The notes: generated from the sequence alone by a model not told the origin. Counted from the whole stretch's first letter, positions 13,879-27,173 are shown. The stretch is DNA of 54,465 bases, filler included, from Jimgerdemannia flammicorona (GCA_003990765.1; 2 parts of 2 records of this genome joined end to end with filler, not necessarily neighbours in it), one strand, 5' to 3'. Program-made: numbers and translations.

Positions 13879-14124
13879 TAATTCTGAGATAAGCTAAGAT
13901 ACTGATAATAAAAGAAGTTACAAACCTAGAAGAAACTACTTGAGATACTGTAGGATTTAAAAGTACTAGAAGTATAAGCTATAAGAAGAATATCAGTGCC
14001 ATCAATATCAGCCTACTACTATTTAAAGAAAAAGTCAAAGGACAGGAAATAGATGTCCTTATTAATAGTAGTGTATCTGACAACTTTATCAGTGAAGAAC
14101 TAGTAAATGAATTGAAGATTATCT
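13879..14124 (+). mobile_element. Ty3/gypsy family C continuation: dUTPase motif V and aspartic protease
   Basis: EVTNLEETT*DTVGFKSTR (RG..GFGSTG relic), then LLFKEKVKGQEIDVLINSSVSDNFIS (LIDSGAS relic). Confidence 0.8.
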
Positions 14125-14315
14125 CTATATAAGTGGAGTTCAAGATACTATAAAAAAAAAAAAAAAAAAAAAAGTAAAGTTCAAGATTTTTGCACTATAC
14201 ATCTTGAATACACTCCTACAGAGTATGTATATGATTGCAGATTCACTCACAAAAGCCCTTCTAAAGCTGAAGTTCAAGCAGTGTGTTCAAGGAATGGGTC
14301 TTATGAACAGGTGAT
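14125..14315 (+). mobile_element. Ty1/copia RNase H C-terminal fragment
   Basis: Translates LEYTPTE..MIADSLTKAL..KFKQCVQGMGL, the typical copia Pol terminus. Confidence 0.7.
14131..14187 (+). mobile_element. Poly(A)-only retroposition footprint with a 16-bp TSD
   Basis: AAGTGGAGTTCAAGAT - ACTAT-(A)~21 - AAGTAAAGTTCAAGAT. Confidence 0.7.
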
Positions 14316-15937
14316 CGCAGAACACTTTTTAGGCTAACAAAAGCCTCTTGTATTGCATATATGTTGGTTACATCCCTCATCTACAAATGGATGGCATACA
14401 TTGCATTTCTGTGTGTTATACAGGTATTTCGGAATACTTTTTGACCTGCGAAAATTCCTTAGATGTAGAATTTTTGTAGTTGTATTTGGGTTATATGCAG
14501 TTCTAGTTTTTTGCATGCGTTATGCATTCCTTTTTGGGGTTACATATCTCGTTGAGCGGCAGTGTTGGGATGGCAACTCGATATGTCAGCACGTGACTTA
14601 TGCCATTCCATCAGTTTTACGTCATTCATCATTAACGCGTGAAATACGCGACCTACGCAAGTTCAATAAAAACGACCCTCTTTCACAACACGTGTGAATG
14701 GGTACGGGTACGGGACGGGCACGGTGAAATCAACGCTTCGACTCGCAAAGGGAGTCGAAAAATAATTATTCCTGAAAAATATTAGGTAGCTGCGCGACGC
14801 GGGGGTGCCTCGCTGAGGCCAGGAACAAGATTTGAAATGGCTTTCCTTTCAACCAGCGTTATAGCTATAGAGTCTCGTTACAAAAATTTCACTCGCATCA
14901 ATAGAATCGTCTTGACGTCGTTCCTCTGCATTTTTTGACGAGTATTTTACCGCTGGAAGCACTCTGGATCTTTTGACAGTGCAGTCTCATACGCTTGAAT
15001 GCCCATTCACGAAATTGGATTTCGGTACGCCTGCAGCTTTTCGTTCGCGATCTCTCCTTTTTCTTTTATTTTCGAAATGGTTCATTGTGTACATATTAGA
15101 GATATTTTCAAAAAAAGATGTTTTGTGTATGCCTAAGCAGGTTTTCTCAATTTACTGTTAACTAAAACTATTTAAATTATCCGGTTAAGGGGAGTTAGAT
15201 GACGCATAATTATCTTCTTGGCTCGTAAGACAAGGTTTCCTTGACACCTGGTGCTAACTACCCTTACATGAGAGAGGCTGATAATAACCCTTATTGGTAC
15301 ATTTATGGTATCACACTCAAAAACGGTACACGTGGAAGCTTTTGGTGAAGCAGTGGATAATTGCTACTACCGAGTCATTGGGGTTGGCGAACGAGGTGAG
15401 CCGCTCGAGTAGGGAACCAAGACGGTGGTTTCAGGTTGTTCGAGGCGAGTGGAGTCCATGTCAAACGATAGGAGACTTCGAGCGAGGCGGAAGTCTTGAA
15501 GAGTTAATTTACATGGAACGAATGATTTATATACGTATATATATCTGTGGAACCCGGTAAACACACAACCGTTTGGCTTATATTCTGTAACCAACCATTG
15601 GGGAAGGTTACCCTAATGCGATTTACACATTGGTTTTAATGTTCAAAGTCGTCATAGCGATTGAAGAGGGATGCTAAATCTATAGAACGCCATGCATAAG
15701 CTAACAATCCTTTGTTTCGAACAGCCGATCGACTCTTAATTGGTAGCGGCCTCATGCGCGGGGTGTCAGATATGTCATGAATACATATGATTGTTAATCG
15801 GTAACGACTTGACTGGCGAAAAGACGTCGCTAAATTCGGACGTAACGGGCCAATTTGCGACCAGGTAATAACGTGATAGGCTCATATATCTATAAACCCT
15901 CACAGTCTGATCTGAGCAACGTATTCCCACCCTTAGC

Positions 15938-16204
15938 ATGGGAAACATGTGTTCTCGTCGTAATTCCTCAGAACGTCTGCTCCCTGCACCTCCTGTTGAT
16001 AAGGTATCCTGCCTTAGCCCTACGATGGAGGTGTACGGAGTGTTCGTAGTGCGCTTCATCGAGATGATCCACGACCAGGTCTCGGTGAAGAACCGAAAAC
16101 GCTGGGGTAATTTCGTGGTACTTGACTTACAGTTCCCGAACTCAGAGCCAGAGAAGTGGCAGCCACGGCAAAGGATCCCAGTACGGACTGTGGTATACAC
16201 TTAA
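15938..16204 (+). CDS. Putative small (88 aa) protein with an N-myristoylation/palmitoylation-type N-terminus
   Basis: Starts MGNMCS. TATAAA lies ~45 bp upstream, in a CpG-retaining unique island. No recognised domain. Confidence 0.4.
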   Translation: MGNMCSRRNSSERLLPAPPVDKVSCLSPTMEVYGVFVVRFIEMIHDQVSVKNRKRWGNFVVLDLQFPNSEPEKWQPRQRIPVRTVVYT

Positions 16205-16524
16205 TACACTTACCAATGATCACAATGGCTTCCTTGGGTCCGTGTTGATACATTCTCGACAGAAAAATTATTAATTCACATATTGCGAGTCTCATAGAGA
16301 CAGAGATTCACGGCATAATATTTTGACTCGATCCTATACTGAGCACCTTCCAGCTCATGGAAGCGACCCTGCTCAATAGATTGTATTCACTACATATAGG
16401 AAACACCTGAATATTCAATTAAAAAATGCAAGTGCGACGTGATCGAACGGTATGAATATAAGCATAACCATATTAGAGTAGTGTATTGTTCATAAGCTGT
16501 TTGCACTCATAGGTGACTCATTCC

Positions 16525-16788
16525 CTAAATTGGTTGAAAATGGAGATGAAAGCGAATCAAACGCACGTCGGGGTCCTTCGAAGGCCAGTACACCGAAGGA
16601 TTCGCCTTTGTAATACGAATGTAGTCGATACTGAGCGGGCCCCTATTCACCATTGTCATGAGCTCCAGCTTGAATCTTTCGAACTCTTCCTCCGTCTGGT
16701 CAAAGCGCTCTTCGACGAAGTCCCAGAAGGTTGTCCAGTTCTGGCGGTCGCAGGCGCTGCGCTCCAAGGACTTGAGCTTTTTCAACAT
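16525..16788 (-). CDS. Putative hypothetical protein, or 3' remnant of a host gene cut by the Tc1 relic
   Basis: 87-aa ORF with protein-like composition. CpG-rich, and abuts AT-rich transposase relic at ~16810. Confidence 0.35.
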   Translation of the reverse strand: MLKKLKSLERSACDRQNWTTFWDFVEERFDQTEEEFERFKLELMTMVNRGPLSIDYIRITKANPSVYWPSKDPDVRLIRFHLHFQPI

Positions 16789-16807
16789 CTCCTTTCGGTT
16801 CCTGCTC

Positions 16808-17690
16808 AGATATTTTCAATTAGATTCATATCAGGACTACTAGCTGGCCATTTAAATATCTTAATTCTATATGCTAAAAATTTATCACTAGTAAGTTTAA
16901 ACTTATGTACAGGAGTATTATCTTATATCTATTAGTATAGACTATTAAATAATCTATATATTGACTGAAGCTATAGAAAAACATAATTTTTTAAAATCTC
17001 AATATACTTAACTCTATCAATATATCCATTAATGTGAATAAGTAGTTCTTTATAATAATAGCTAAAAAATCAAAACATTATAATAGATCCTCTTTCTTAT
17101 TATTAATAATTATGAATCATAGTTGTCTTGATATATTTCTCATATAGTTTATATATAATCTGAATTCTTGAGTTAGATTTAAATAGCTTAAATGATGATT
17201 CATCAGACTATGCCAGTTCTTACTATATCTCCAGAGATTAGTCAAGTTTGGAAGAGCAAAGTTCAAGTGATTTTGAATATTTTTTGCTAATAATACTAGC
17301 TTATAAACTACAATATGAGAGTAATAGTTAAATGTATTTAGATATTTATATAAAGTATTTATATATATTTATAAAAGTCCTTTGATGACTAATTGTTCTT
17401 ATAGTTATAATAAAGATATAAAGTAATTATTTTTAATAATCTCAATTAGCTTCAGTATATCTTTAACTTTTTCTTATTATGACTAATTTGACATCAAGAT
17501 TTATTTAAAGGTATACTAAATTATTTCTAGTATTCAATTACTCAAGAAGTAGTATTATAGCTATAGTTGAAATTTTGAGAAAGTTGAGTAATATTTTTAT
17601 GATATTTCTAGCACTAACTATCTGATAAATAATCTTCTATAATATATATTTGTTTTAATACTTCAGAGTTATAAATAAATTAATCTCTTG
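16808..17690 (-). mobile_element. Tc1/mariner DDE transposase relic
   Basis: Minus-strand translation gives *SDESSF, GSIIMF*FFSY...HINGYID..KYIEIL and *DNTPVHK...WPASSPDMNLIENI*, matching WSDE / QDNAP.H / WP..SPDLNPIEN.W. Confidence 0.85.
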
Positions 17691-17699
17691 AATAGTGTT

Positions 17700-18030
17700 A
17701 GTTTTTATTTTATCTTTTTTATCTTCTTCATCTCTTTTGTCTTTATCTTCTTTATCTTCTTTATCTTCTTTATCTTTTTTATCTTATCTATCTCATCTAC
17801 CTTATCTATCTCATCTATCTTGTCTATCTTATCTGTCTTATTTATCTTATCTATCTTATCTATCTCATTCTCTTGTCTATCTTATCTATTTTGCCTATTT
17901 TGTTCATCTTATCTATCTTATCTATCTTATCTATTTGTCTGTCTTATCTATCTCATTTATCTTATCTATCTCATCAGTCTCATCTATCTTGTCTATCTCA
18001 TCTGTCTCATCTGTCTTATCTATCTTATAT
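17700..18030 (-). repeat. 9-bp-period low-complexity repeat (GATAAGATA-like on the minus strand)
   Basis: TTATCTATC / TCATCTGTC units; also the source of the spurious plus-strand ORFs here. Confidence 0.85.
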
Positions 18031-18479
18031 ATATTCAAAAAGATATTTTAAATTTTAAATTTATTATATTAAAGAAGGATCATTTAATAATAAATATATA
18101 TATATATACATATAATAAAAAGATATATTTGTTTTAATTGACCTTACTATATACCTTTTTGCTTACTTTATTATATATTATTATATATATTATCATATAT
18201 ATATATTATTATATACTTATATAATGAATCATTATAAGTCTCTGGAATTTTCTATAGAAATTTCTATAGAAATTCCTACAGAATTTTCAACTAGCAGTTA
18301 TAGTTACCCAAAGTAATATAACTATATATAGACATACTCAGTATATCATATTTAGTCATAGCCTTGAATATATATAAATACTCTCTATACTGAGTGTGTT
18401 GTAATCTCAGCTCTACTTTTTCTAAATATAAAAATAAAGTAGTATACTTATTATAGAAATCTCTCAGATCTGACTTATT

Positions 18480-21126
18480 AATAATTCTGAGTCTAATTAA
18501 CTTGAGATATAAGCACAGTTATCCCTATCAGTACCAAAACCAAAAGTGATACTTAGACTCTACTATAATAGATAACTGAAACTTAGTACTTTCTTAAGAA
18601 CTTAGAACTTAGAGCTGATAGTTACTATTGATTATCTACAATATATTAATTCTATTAGTATATAGTTTTATTACAATTTGATAGTGATAGATAATTACTC
18701 CCTACTTATAAGTAATCTTCCTTCAAAGAATCTATTATAAATAATTAGAACTAATTAATATTGTCAATATTATCAGTAATAATTAAGATGAGCCTTCACT
18801 CTAGATACTCCCCAGACTCAAGCCAAAGAAGTCAACAGAATTATCACTAAGTAAACTAAAACTCATACCAGCCAAGAGAAATTTAATAAACTCAAAAATG
18901 AAACTATCCAAGAAGTATTCAATACTTTTCTTGTACTCAACAAAGAAGTCCCCTATACTTCTGAACTTAAGGAGGATTTCAACAAACTAGTTGGTAGTCA
19001 CTTCTATAAGAAATATATCTGAGAATCTATTGAGACTATAACTGAACACTTTCTGAACAAACTTCCAAACAATTGCTACTGGTTTTTCTGAACTATAAAA
19101 GATACTATATCTATCAAAAGAAATCTCATTTCTATTACTAAATTCTCTATACACAAGTAAGAATAATTTAGTAACAAGAACTACAAGCTATCAGATCTAG
19201 TAAAATCTTTGCTATATTATCCAAATCTAAGAGAATAATTGAAGAAACCCCTGAATCAGACATTGGTGGCCCCAGCACTATTACAGAATCACTATCAAGA
19301 ATATCAAGCCTATCAAGGATTACAGTAAACCAAACAGTTACTCTATCAAAACCACTAATTTATAAGCTCACTCACCTTAGTAATATTATAGAAAAATCAA
19401 GTCTAAACAATAATTGACACACTATAATAATAGAAGAAGAAGACAGGATCTAAATATCTTACCAAATAGACAACAGAGATAGCAGAATGATATTAGTAGA
19501 TAATAAGATAGCAGTATTAGCTGATTAAGTAGCCATCCTCACTCAAGTTCTTCACTTTAGTATTGAAATAAATAAGTCTACAAAAGGACTTTACCTCACT
19601 CTATTTAAAGACAAAGTAGACCAAGTAACAACATTTATAAGACAAGTTAATATCAATTACTATATCAATAGATAGAATGACAATCAGAGCTCAGACAGTA
19701 TCCTTGATAATAATATATACTATGAGATTAAAGATCTCTATATAACTATAGGCTCACAGATAAAAAAGATCACCACATACTTTACAGATACAGTAGTCCA
19801 GTAGTGATACAATCTATCAGTATATTCTCTTATCTGAGAAATCTATACTAAAGTGATCATAAGTAATAGAAATAATAATCACTCTAACTATAAAGCTCAC
19901 CCAGCTACTATAGGATTAAAGGAGCTAATTATTCAGCAGTTCTATAGCTCTGTTCATATTGCTGAAGCCAGAACTAAGTACAAGAACCTGCAATTCTATA
20001 ATGATAGAAAAGAAGATCTTGAAGCATTTGCTACAAGACTAGAAACTCTTCTGAAAACTATAGAAATAGAATATAGTTAATGAGAGTAGACTATAAATAG
20101 AACCTAAGTTGCCTATTTCTTCAATACTATCTCTGAATAGTTATCAGAAAAATCTGTAAACAAGGATGATCTTATGATTGTCCACATAAGTAATGGTGCT
20201 TAGAAAAAGCCATCACCTAAGCATATACTATCTTTAGAGTCCAAAGACTAAGAGATAATAGAATTAATAATAAAGAAGATAAATAATATCAATTGAAAGA
20301 AGTATAAACCTTAGAATGAGTCCTCAAGACTACAAAAAGAATTTAAAAAACTATCTGATAAGAAAATAGAAGAACTTATAAAAAAGAGAGCATATTTCTA
20401 CTATAAGAAGAAAGGACATATGTCTCATGAATACTTTGACAAAAAAACATACCAACAAAGAACTATCCTTCTTGTAGACTATTACTATAATAGAAGATGA
20501 CTCAAAAGAAACCTCTGAGAAAATTAAGATCAAGAAATTTCATATCACTGTAAAGATCCCAAATAAAGTATATGAATTCAATACTGGCTATGACCTCTAC
20601 TTAAGCATAGAAGTGATTATCAAACTAGGCAAGCTAGCAAATATTAGCACAGATGTCAGAATAGAAGTCTCTAAAGGAATCTATATCTATCTTATAGAAA
20701 GAAGTAGTCTGGCCAAAGAAGAAAGACTCTATATAACTAGAAGAGTTATAAGCTAAGAATTCAAAGGCAATATTAAGGTCCTACTATATAATACTAGACA
20801 AAAGACTATTAAAATTACATGTGAAAAATGAATTATCCAAGCTATCATAAAAGTGATATATAATAATCTCAAAGTGAAAGAAATAAATGAACTATCACTC
20901 TCTGATAGAGGAGAAAAAGCCTTTAGATTAACAGAAAAGCACTCTGACAAGACTAAGGAAAAGACCAAGATACAGAAGATTGTCTATATTAAAGAATCTT
21001 AAGATTGAGATCAGAAATAATATCAGTATATATATTACTAATAGATATATCTCTATAGGATTATACCTCCACAGAATTAAGATATACTATTTTGAATATA
21101 TAAGAGAATATATTATATATATTCTC

Positions 21127-21158
<32 letters not shown>

Positions 21159-23335
21159 ACTTGGACTCCTTCCTTTATTAATACACCTGTCTATCCTCTA
21201 TATAATATACCTGTCTATCCTCTATATAATATACTGTGCCTACTTCTATCTGATTCCCCTAGGGGTCCCCCCCCCCTTTCTCACTTCTTCTCAATGAAAG
21301 ACCACTTTATCATTTACTATTACCACTTACTCACCACTCTGTTCATAGATCTCTTCTACCAGACAGTGATGTTGCCTACCCTGGGGACTTCAACCAACCC
21401 ACTACCCTGTTAGCAAATCTCCTATCAACTCCTCTCATCTTAATAACTTCTCCTATATACCCATCTGTTACTTCTCCTCAAAAACAAAGAGCCAATGTCC
21501 AGCCAGCCCTACCCATAAAGCTAAAACCCACCCTACAGTGAGCCATCTATTGCCCACACCACCCATTAACCACCCATTAACCAAGATTTCAAATCCTTCC
21601 AGCAATCTCTCTCTCTATCCAGCCTCTTCTTTACACTCAGCCAGTCCCCTACTATTATCCAAAAGTCCCCCAGAATCTCACACTCTCCCAGCCAATATTC
21701 TGACATCTGCACAAATCTCCCAACTTGCCCCACATTGTAGCACTCCTCACAATCTAATTGTCCACCATCCACCAGATGTCTAACATGGAAATTCAACATG
21801 ATATTTCTCTATAGTATCTGCTACCATACTACTCAGAACTTGGGAGGAAGCCACCTCTGCACCTCAGCACTCCATAACCAGACTCCTGCCCAGTTCCACT
21901 CCTTATCAATTCTCATGGTCTGCTAACTACTTGGCCAAAGATCCTGACCAAGTCCCCACTGATACTTCACTCTATTACCAATACTAAACTCAGTAAGTGG
22001 AATACTCTCCAGAAGCAGTCTGTCCCATCACCATATAGCTGGACTCCACAGCATCTCCCCCTCATTGCTTGCATTATATGTATTCTCAATCTAAGAAGTA
22101 TAAGCCAACTATTTCAGAATGATGGAATGAAGAAATCAAGAATATCAATAATGAGAATAAGGAAGTATAAAATTGAGAAGAAGAAATTACTCCAGAAACA
22201 ATTGCTATCTAGTAAGAAACTAATATAGAATATATCCAACTATAAGGAAAAATCAAAGAGTACCCTATTAAAGTCCTTATTGATAGTGGAGCAAGTAAGT
22301 GCTACCTTAATTAAAAAACTGCTGACAAATTCCACCTCAAGATATAAAGGAACTTAGAAGGAAATATTGCCATATTCAGAAATAGAATAATATAAAAACT
22401 CTCCAAGATATATAAGAATATACTTCTACAACTTAGAAACTACACCATAAGGCAAACCTTCCATAAGCCTACCTTCTTGGGTATAATTCCATCCTTGGAA
22501 AATCCTGACTCACTTAGAAGAATCTCTACATCAATTGGTAAACCAATATGATCTCTTTGAGAGATATCAAACTATAACCTGAATATACTAAGAATAAACC
22601 AAAGTCCAGATATGATGTTATATCTACCATTTAGCTGAAGAAGCTAATTTGAAAGTTAGACTAGTATATATATATATATATATAGTTAAGAAAACCTCAG
22701 AAGAAGATAATGAAGAACTCTCCAAACTTCTGATAATGAAGAAGACAATCTCCAAGAACTGCTCAAGAAGTATGAAGATATTTTCCAGAAACCTCAAGAA
22801 CTACCACCAGTCTATACAGTAGAATATAGTATTGAGACTATCTCTAGATATGATCCCCCTACTGTAAAATCTATCAACTAGCTCAATCTAAGTTAGAAAT
22901 CCTCAAGAAACAACTAGTAGAATTGACAAGTAAAGGGCTCATCCATCTATTAAAATTGCCATATAATATATCAATCCTCTTTGTCTCTAAGAAGGATAAA
23001 AGTCTCTATATATATATTGATTGCTGAGTACTCAATAAGATCTCAATCAAGAACCAATATATACTTCCAAGAATTGACAAACTATTTAATCAAGTATTTA
23101 AGACCAAGATCTTCTTACTCATTGACCTTTATCATCAAATCTATATCAAAGAAGAAAATATCTCCAAGACAGCTTTTTGAATAATATTTAGTTACTACAA
23201 ATTCTATATGATATCATTTGATCTCACCAATGTACTAGTAATCTTATAAATACTAATGAATGACATTTTCCAAGAATACTTTAGAGTCTTCATCTTAGTC
23301 TATCTAGACAATATTCTGGTATATAGTACAAGTAA
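18480..23335 (+). mobile_element. Ty3/gypsy family D, degenerate: gag, zinc knuckle, dUTPase, protease, RT (interrupted by a LINE at 21127-22072)
   Basis: Knuckle relic FYYKKKGHMSHEY at ~20400. dUTPase 20525-20935 (GYDLY, ERSSLA, EFKGNIKVLLYN, SDRGEKAF). Protease VLIDSGAS at ~22275. RT LPRIDKL...VYLDNILVYS to ~23330. 5' boundary approximate. Confidence 0.85.
21127..22072 (-). mobile_element. 5'-truncated LINE with poly(A) tail and ~15-bp TSD
   Basis: T-run at 21127-21151. Body homologous to 1-780. TSD ATTATATATATTCTC (21112-21126) / ATTATATGTATTCTC (22073-22087). Confidence 0.9.
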
Positions 23336-23374
23336 TATCATTTACTGATATCCTTTCTCTGGTACTATTTGGGT

Positions 23375-23604
23375 TACACAATCTTTAGAAAGTACTTACA
23401 ACATTGTTCTTAGAGAAAAGAGACTAGTAACATGGCAACCAACAGGCAATCTGAGGTGTATACTGGGTAGAGTGGCTCAAGCATGTTTGACTGACAGCAT
23501 GTGGGGAGAGGCCCTGGCCTAGGGGGAAATATGAGGGCTGCTAGTGGGAGGACATAGAAGGAGAGGAAGCAGTAACAGACCTTTCACCAGTAACATTCAG
23601 GTGA
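23375..23604 (+). mobile_element. LINE 5' stub (5' UTR and ORF1 N-terminus)
   Basis: MATNRQ...MFD*QHVGRGPGLG resembles the ORF1 start AFDWQHVGRGYGLG of the 1-5735 copy. Confidence 0.65.
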
Positions 23605-26600
23605 CACAAGACTTCGACAACACTTTTCACAATGTTTTTGGTATTCAGCAACTATCAATATGGATGGCAATGTTCAAACCGGTGAGCATACTGGCCAGGG
23701 GAGTGCTGGTGCCTTTGGCTGGCAGCAGGTGGGGAGGAGGGGAGATGGTTTGGGGATGCCGGGGGCCTCGATGGCTGGCTGAGGTCCTGGTGGTGGAGGG
23801 AGAGGCAGACTGAGGCAGTGTGGTGGGGAGAGGTCGACCTTCGCTGACAAGGTCAGAATGGGGAAGATGGCCTCAGGCTTGGATGGTTGGCTAGGCTTGG
23901 GGAAGGCATCAACGGCAGCCGCTGGAGGCTTGGGAGGTGTTCCCAGGGGTGTCTCTGGTGGCAGGGGAGGGGCGGGAGTAGGGGCCGGCAATGTGACTGC
24001 TGATGAGGTTGTGACTGGGGATCTGGCAAAAAATCCAGATGTGACGGTGGTTGGTGGTTTGGGTCGAGGAGTGGGCATGAGGCCTGGGGACCTGGTGGAT
24101 GATGTGACAGACATGGTGTTGGCCCCATTACTCAAGAAGTTGAGGTCAGAGTTTGTGGTCATGATGTGCTTCCGGGGCTTGGCGGTGACAGCAAGGATGA
24201 TCTTGGGGCTTGTGGTGCAGGAGGCTAAGGAGGCTGCGTCGGTGAAGTTTTTGAGGGGAAAAGAAGGGGTGGAGGTAGGGTTTGAGGAGGAAGACACCTT
24301 GTTGGCGGCCATGGAGAAGGGGGTGACAGTTGGTGGGATTGTGGTCCCTATGGCCCGGTGCATGCGGTGGAACTCCCGAGTGGTGCAGCTGATAGTTCTG
24401 GATCTCCCCACTGTGTCGAAGGAGCGGACAAGGGAACTAATTGTGGGGGCGATCAAGGAGTATGGCAAGATTGTAGATGTCAGATTCAAGGTCTGGGAGG
24501 GCATGGAGCTTAGGACGGGTAATGTAGATGTCAGGGTGAGGCTGGCTGAGAAGGAGATTATGGAGAAGTTGAGGGACTGGACGGCAGCACTGAGGTGGGG
24601 GCAGGTGGAGTGTAAGGTCACCAGGGTGAAGGGGACCCCAGAGGAGGAGGAAGACCTGTTGGAGGCTCTGGAGGACCTGGAAGGGACAGTGGCAAGAAGG
24701 AGATTGGCCTGGAAGGAGTTTGAGGCCAGGACAGTTGTGGGAGAAGTAGATGAGAAGAGGGTCAGAATAGAGAAGGGGGCCTGGGAAAAGATGCAGGGGA
24801 GGAGGATCCAGAAGGAGTTGTTGGCAAAGTTGGGTGGGGATGGGGCTGGAGGAAGCTCAAGGGAGGGAGTGGCAGGGTTGTGGGAGAGTGCCTGGGCTGA
24901 GGGGGGAGGGTTGGCCCAGGGCGGCAATCGGATTGGAGGTGGGGAGAGGAGGGAGGGCAATTTGGAGGTGGATGCCAAAATGGGTGAGGGTGTGCACCCT
25001 CAGTATAGTGTTCCGGATAGGGCAGAGGGTGAGGAGGAGCTGATGGATGTGCCGGATGAGGAGTGGGATGAGTCAGTGAGGAGGAGCGTACTGGTGGACC
25101 CCGAGGTGGATGGTGGGCAAATCGCCCAGGGGGCGGTGGAGGCAGTGGATGAGGAGAAGTGGATGTAGAAGACCCTGGAAGGGGTGGCAGCTGAAGAGCT
25201 GGGGGGTGAGGACTTTAGAGTGATAGAGGAGAGGTATTGGGAGGAGATTCTACGTAGGGAAGAGGTGCCGAGGAAGATGAGAAATGAGATCCTGGCTGTC
25301 CTCCTGGAGTCTGTTGAGTATCAGGTAGATGATCAGCGGGAGGAGGAGCTTAGAAGGATTGCGAGTGACAGGGCACTTTTCTTGTGGAACTCGAGGAAGG
25401 GACTAGAGAAGTGGCATGCTGTCTGCTTGGATTACAGGGCGGATATGGAGGAGGTGGACAGGGTAGAGTATCAGGAAATCTTGGAGGCACTGGATGCTCA
25501 GGATATTGCAGAGGATGAGTTGGAAGCTGAGCGGTGCTTGGATGTGGCGAGGGATGAGATGAGTATGGAATTATAGGCTGGGGTCTCTTCTACAATATCT
25601 ATTCAATATGAACAATGCAACTAGGATATTCTCATTGAACGTTAATGGATTATAGGGGGTGGCTAGGAGGAAGTTCATCTTTGGTTGACTTCGGGGTTTG
25701 GATGCGGACCTCTTCTTGTTACAGGATGTTTGGTATGATGCAGACGTGGATTTACAGGATTGGACTAGGGAATGGGGGGGTATGGCAGTTTGGAGGGAGA
25801 AAGTGGGTATTCTTGTTCAGAAAGGGATGGGGGACATTGGGGACATTGGACATTGGGGGTCGCAGGTGGTGTGGGGAGTATGGAAGAGGCCTGGATGGGG
25901 CTCGCTGATGGTTGGGTCTTGTTACTGCCCAGCTGAGAGAGGGGAGAGGGTGGATTGGATTCGCGGATTGAAAGAGACTGGTTTATTGGAAGACATTGGG
26001 TTTGACTGTATGGGGGGGGACTTCAACATGGTTCGGGATAAGGAGTTGGACAGAACTAATGGAGAGAGAGGCATGCAAGGGGAAAGTGGTGGATTGGTGG
26101 ACTGGTTGGAGATGGAAAGGCTGTGTTCTTTGGTGGACTCAGGGAGACATTTTTGGGCTGATCGGCAGGTGTATACCCATTGGGCAGCTGGACTGGGCTC
26201 TAGGATTGACTGGGTTCTTACAGCAGAGTATTGGGGGGCAGATGTCTGGATGGTGCTGGGAGTTGTATGGTGTCCATGGTCTGATCACTGGGGGTTGCTT
26301 AGAGGAGAGAGGTTTGGGGGAAATGAGGATAGACCCAGACATTGGCAGCTAAATTCTTCCTTGTTGGAGAATAGGGCATTGTGGGAGGGTTGGGAAAAGG
26401 AGGTGGTTGAAGATATCGGCAGGTGGCGGGATCAAGGACTGGCAATTGGAGACCACTGGAGAAGGTTGAAGGTGAAGGCTCAGGGGTATTGGAGGGAAGT
26501 GGGAAAAGGAAAGAGTGCCCAGTGAAGGCGGCAGGTGATGTGGGCCTCATGGCATCTGGCGGCACTCATGGAAAGATGGGCAGGTGTGCTGGAGAATAGG

Positions 26601-27173
26601 GCCGAGGCTGATTGGTGTATTGCGAGAATCCAGCGGGAGGTGGAGGAGCTCAAGGGGGTGCTACGGAGGGAGGAAGAGGAGCAGCTGCAGGGGATGGTGG
26701 CCCGCTTGTGATGGCAGGGGCTTGAGGAAGGGGAGAGACCTACCAGGTTCTTGTCACAGTTGTTATAAGTACGACAAATGAGGCAGCGGTGGGAAGGAGT
26801 TTTGGACAAGAATGGCGAGCTGGTAGAGGGGACCCCAGCGATTTTGGGCTCATTGCGATCCCAGTGGGGGAACCTTTGGAGCGAGGATGAAGGGGGACTG
26901 GATGCTCTGGACATTGAAAGGCAGCTGGGGGATTGGCACCCGAACCCTGCCTTGGGACTGGCAGCATTGGGGGACCCGGTGAGCGGCGAGGAGATTTGCA
27001 AGGTGGTGGCCTCTACAAGTAAAGGGACAGCCCTGGGAGAGGATGGACTCCCCTGGGATTTTTGGCAGAGGATGACAGGGGTGCGTGAGGTTCTAGGGGA
27101 AATGATTGCTATGTGTGATGAAGTTCTTCGGTCTGGTGCCTGGATTGGGGGACAGCACTTGGGGCTAGTCTCC
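23605..27173 (+). mobile_element. LINE of a related subfamily: ORF1 23660-25576, ORF2 from 25608, broken inside RT
   Basis: ORF1 MDGNVQ... has in-frame TGA/TAG derived from CGA/CAG. ORF2 MNNATRIFSLNVNGL, GGDFN, WSDH, GEDGLPWDFW. Colinear with the 1-5735 copy. Confidence 0.93.

Noticed and set aside
14334..14516. 60-aa Cys/His-rich ORF containing CxxCH
   Set aside because: Short, with no supporting context or recognisable fold; could be chance.
15294..15560. 88-aa ORF in the unique island
   Set aside because: Non-ATG start and no motif; insufficient support.
17688..18137. Hydrophobic, membrane-like ORFs
   Set aside because: Translations of the 9-bp low-complexity repeat.
23674..24978. 434-aa minus-strand ORF, and similar Pro/Ser-rich plus-strand ORFs in 491-5725
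   Set aside because: Antisense shadows of the G-rich LINE ORFs; the C-rich strand has few stop codons.
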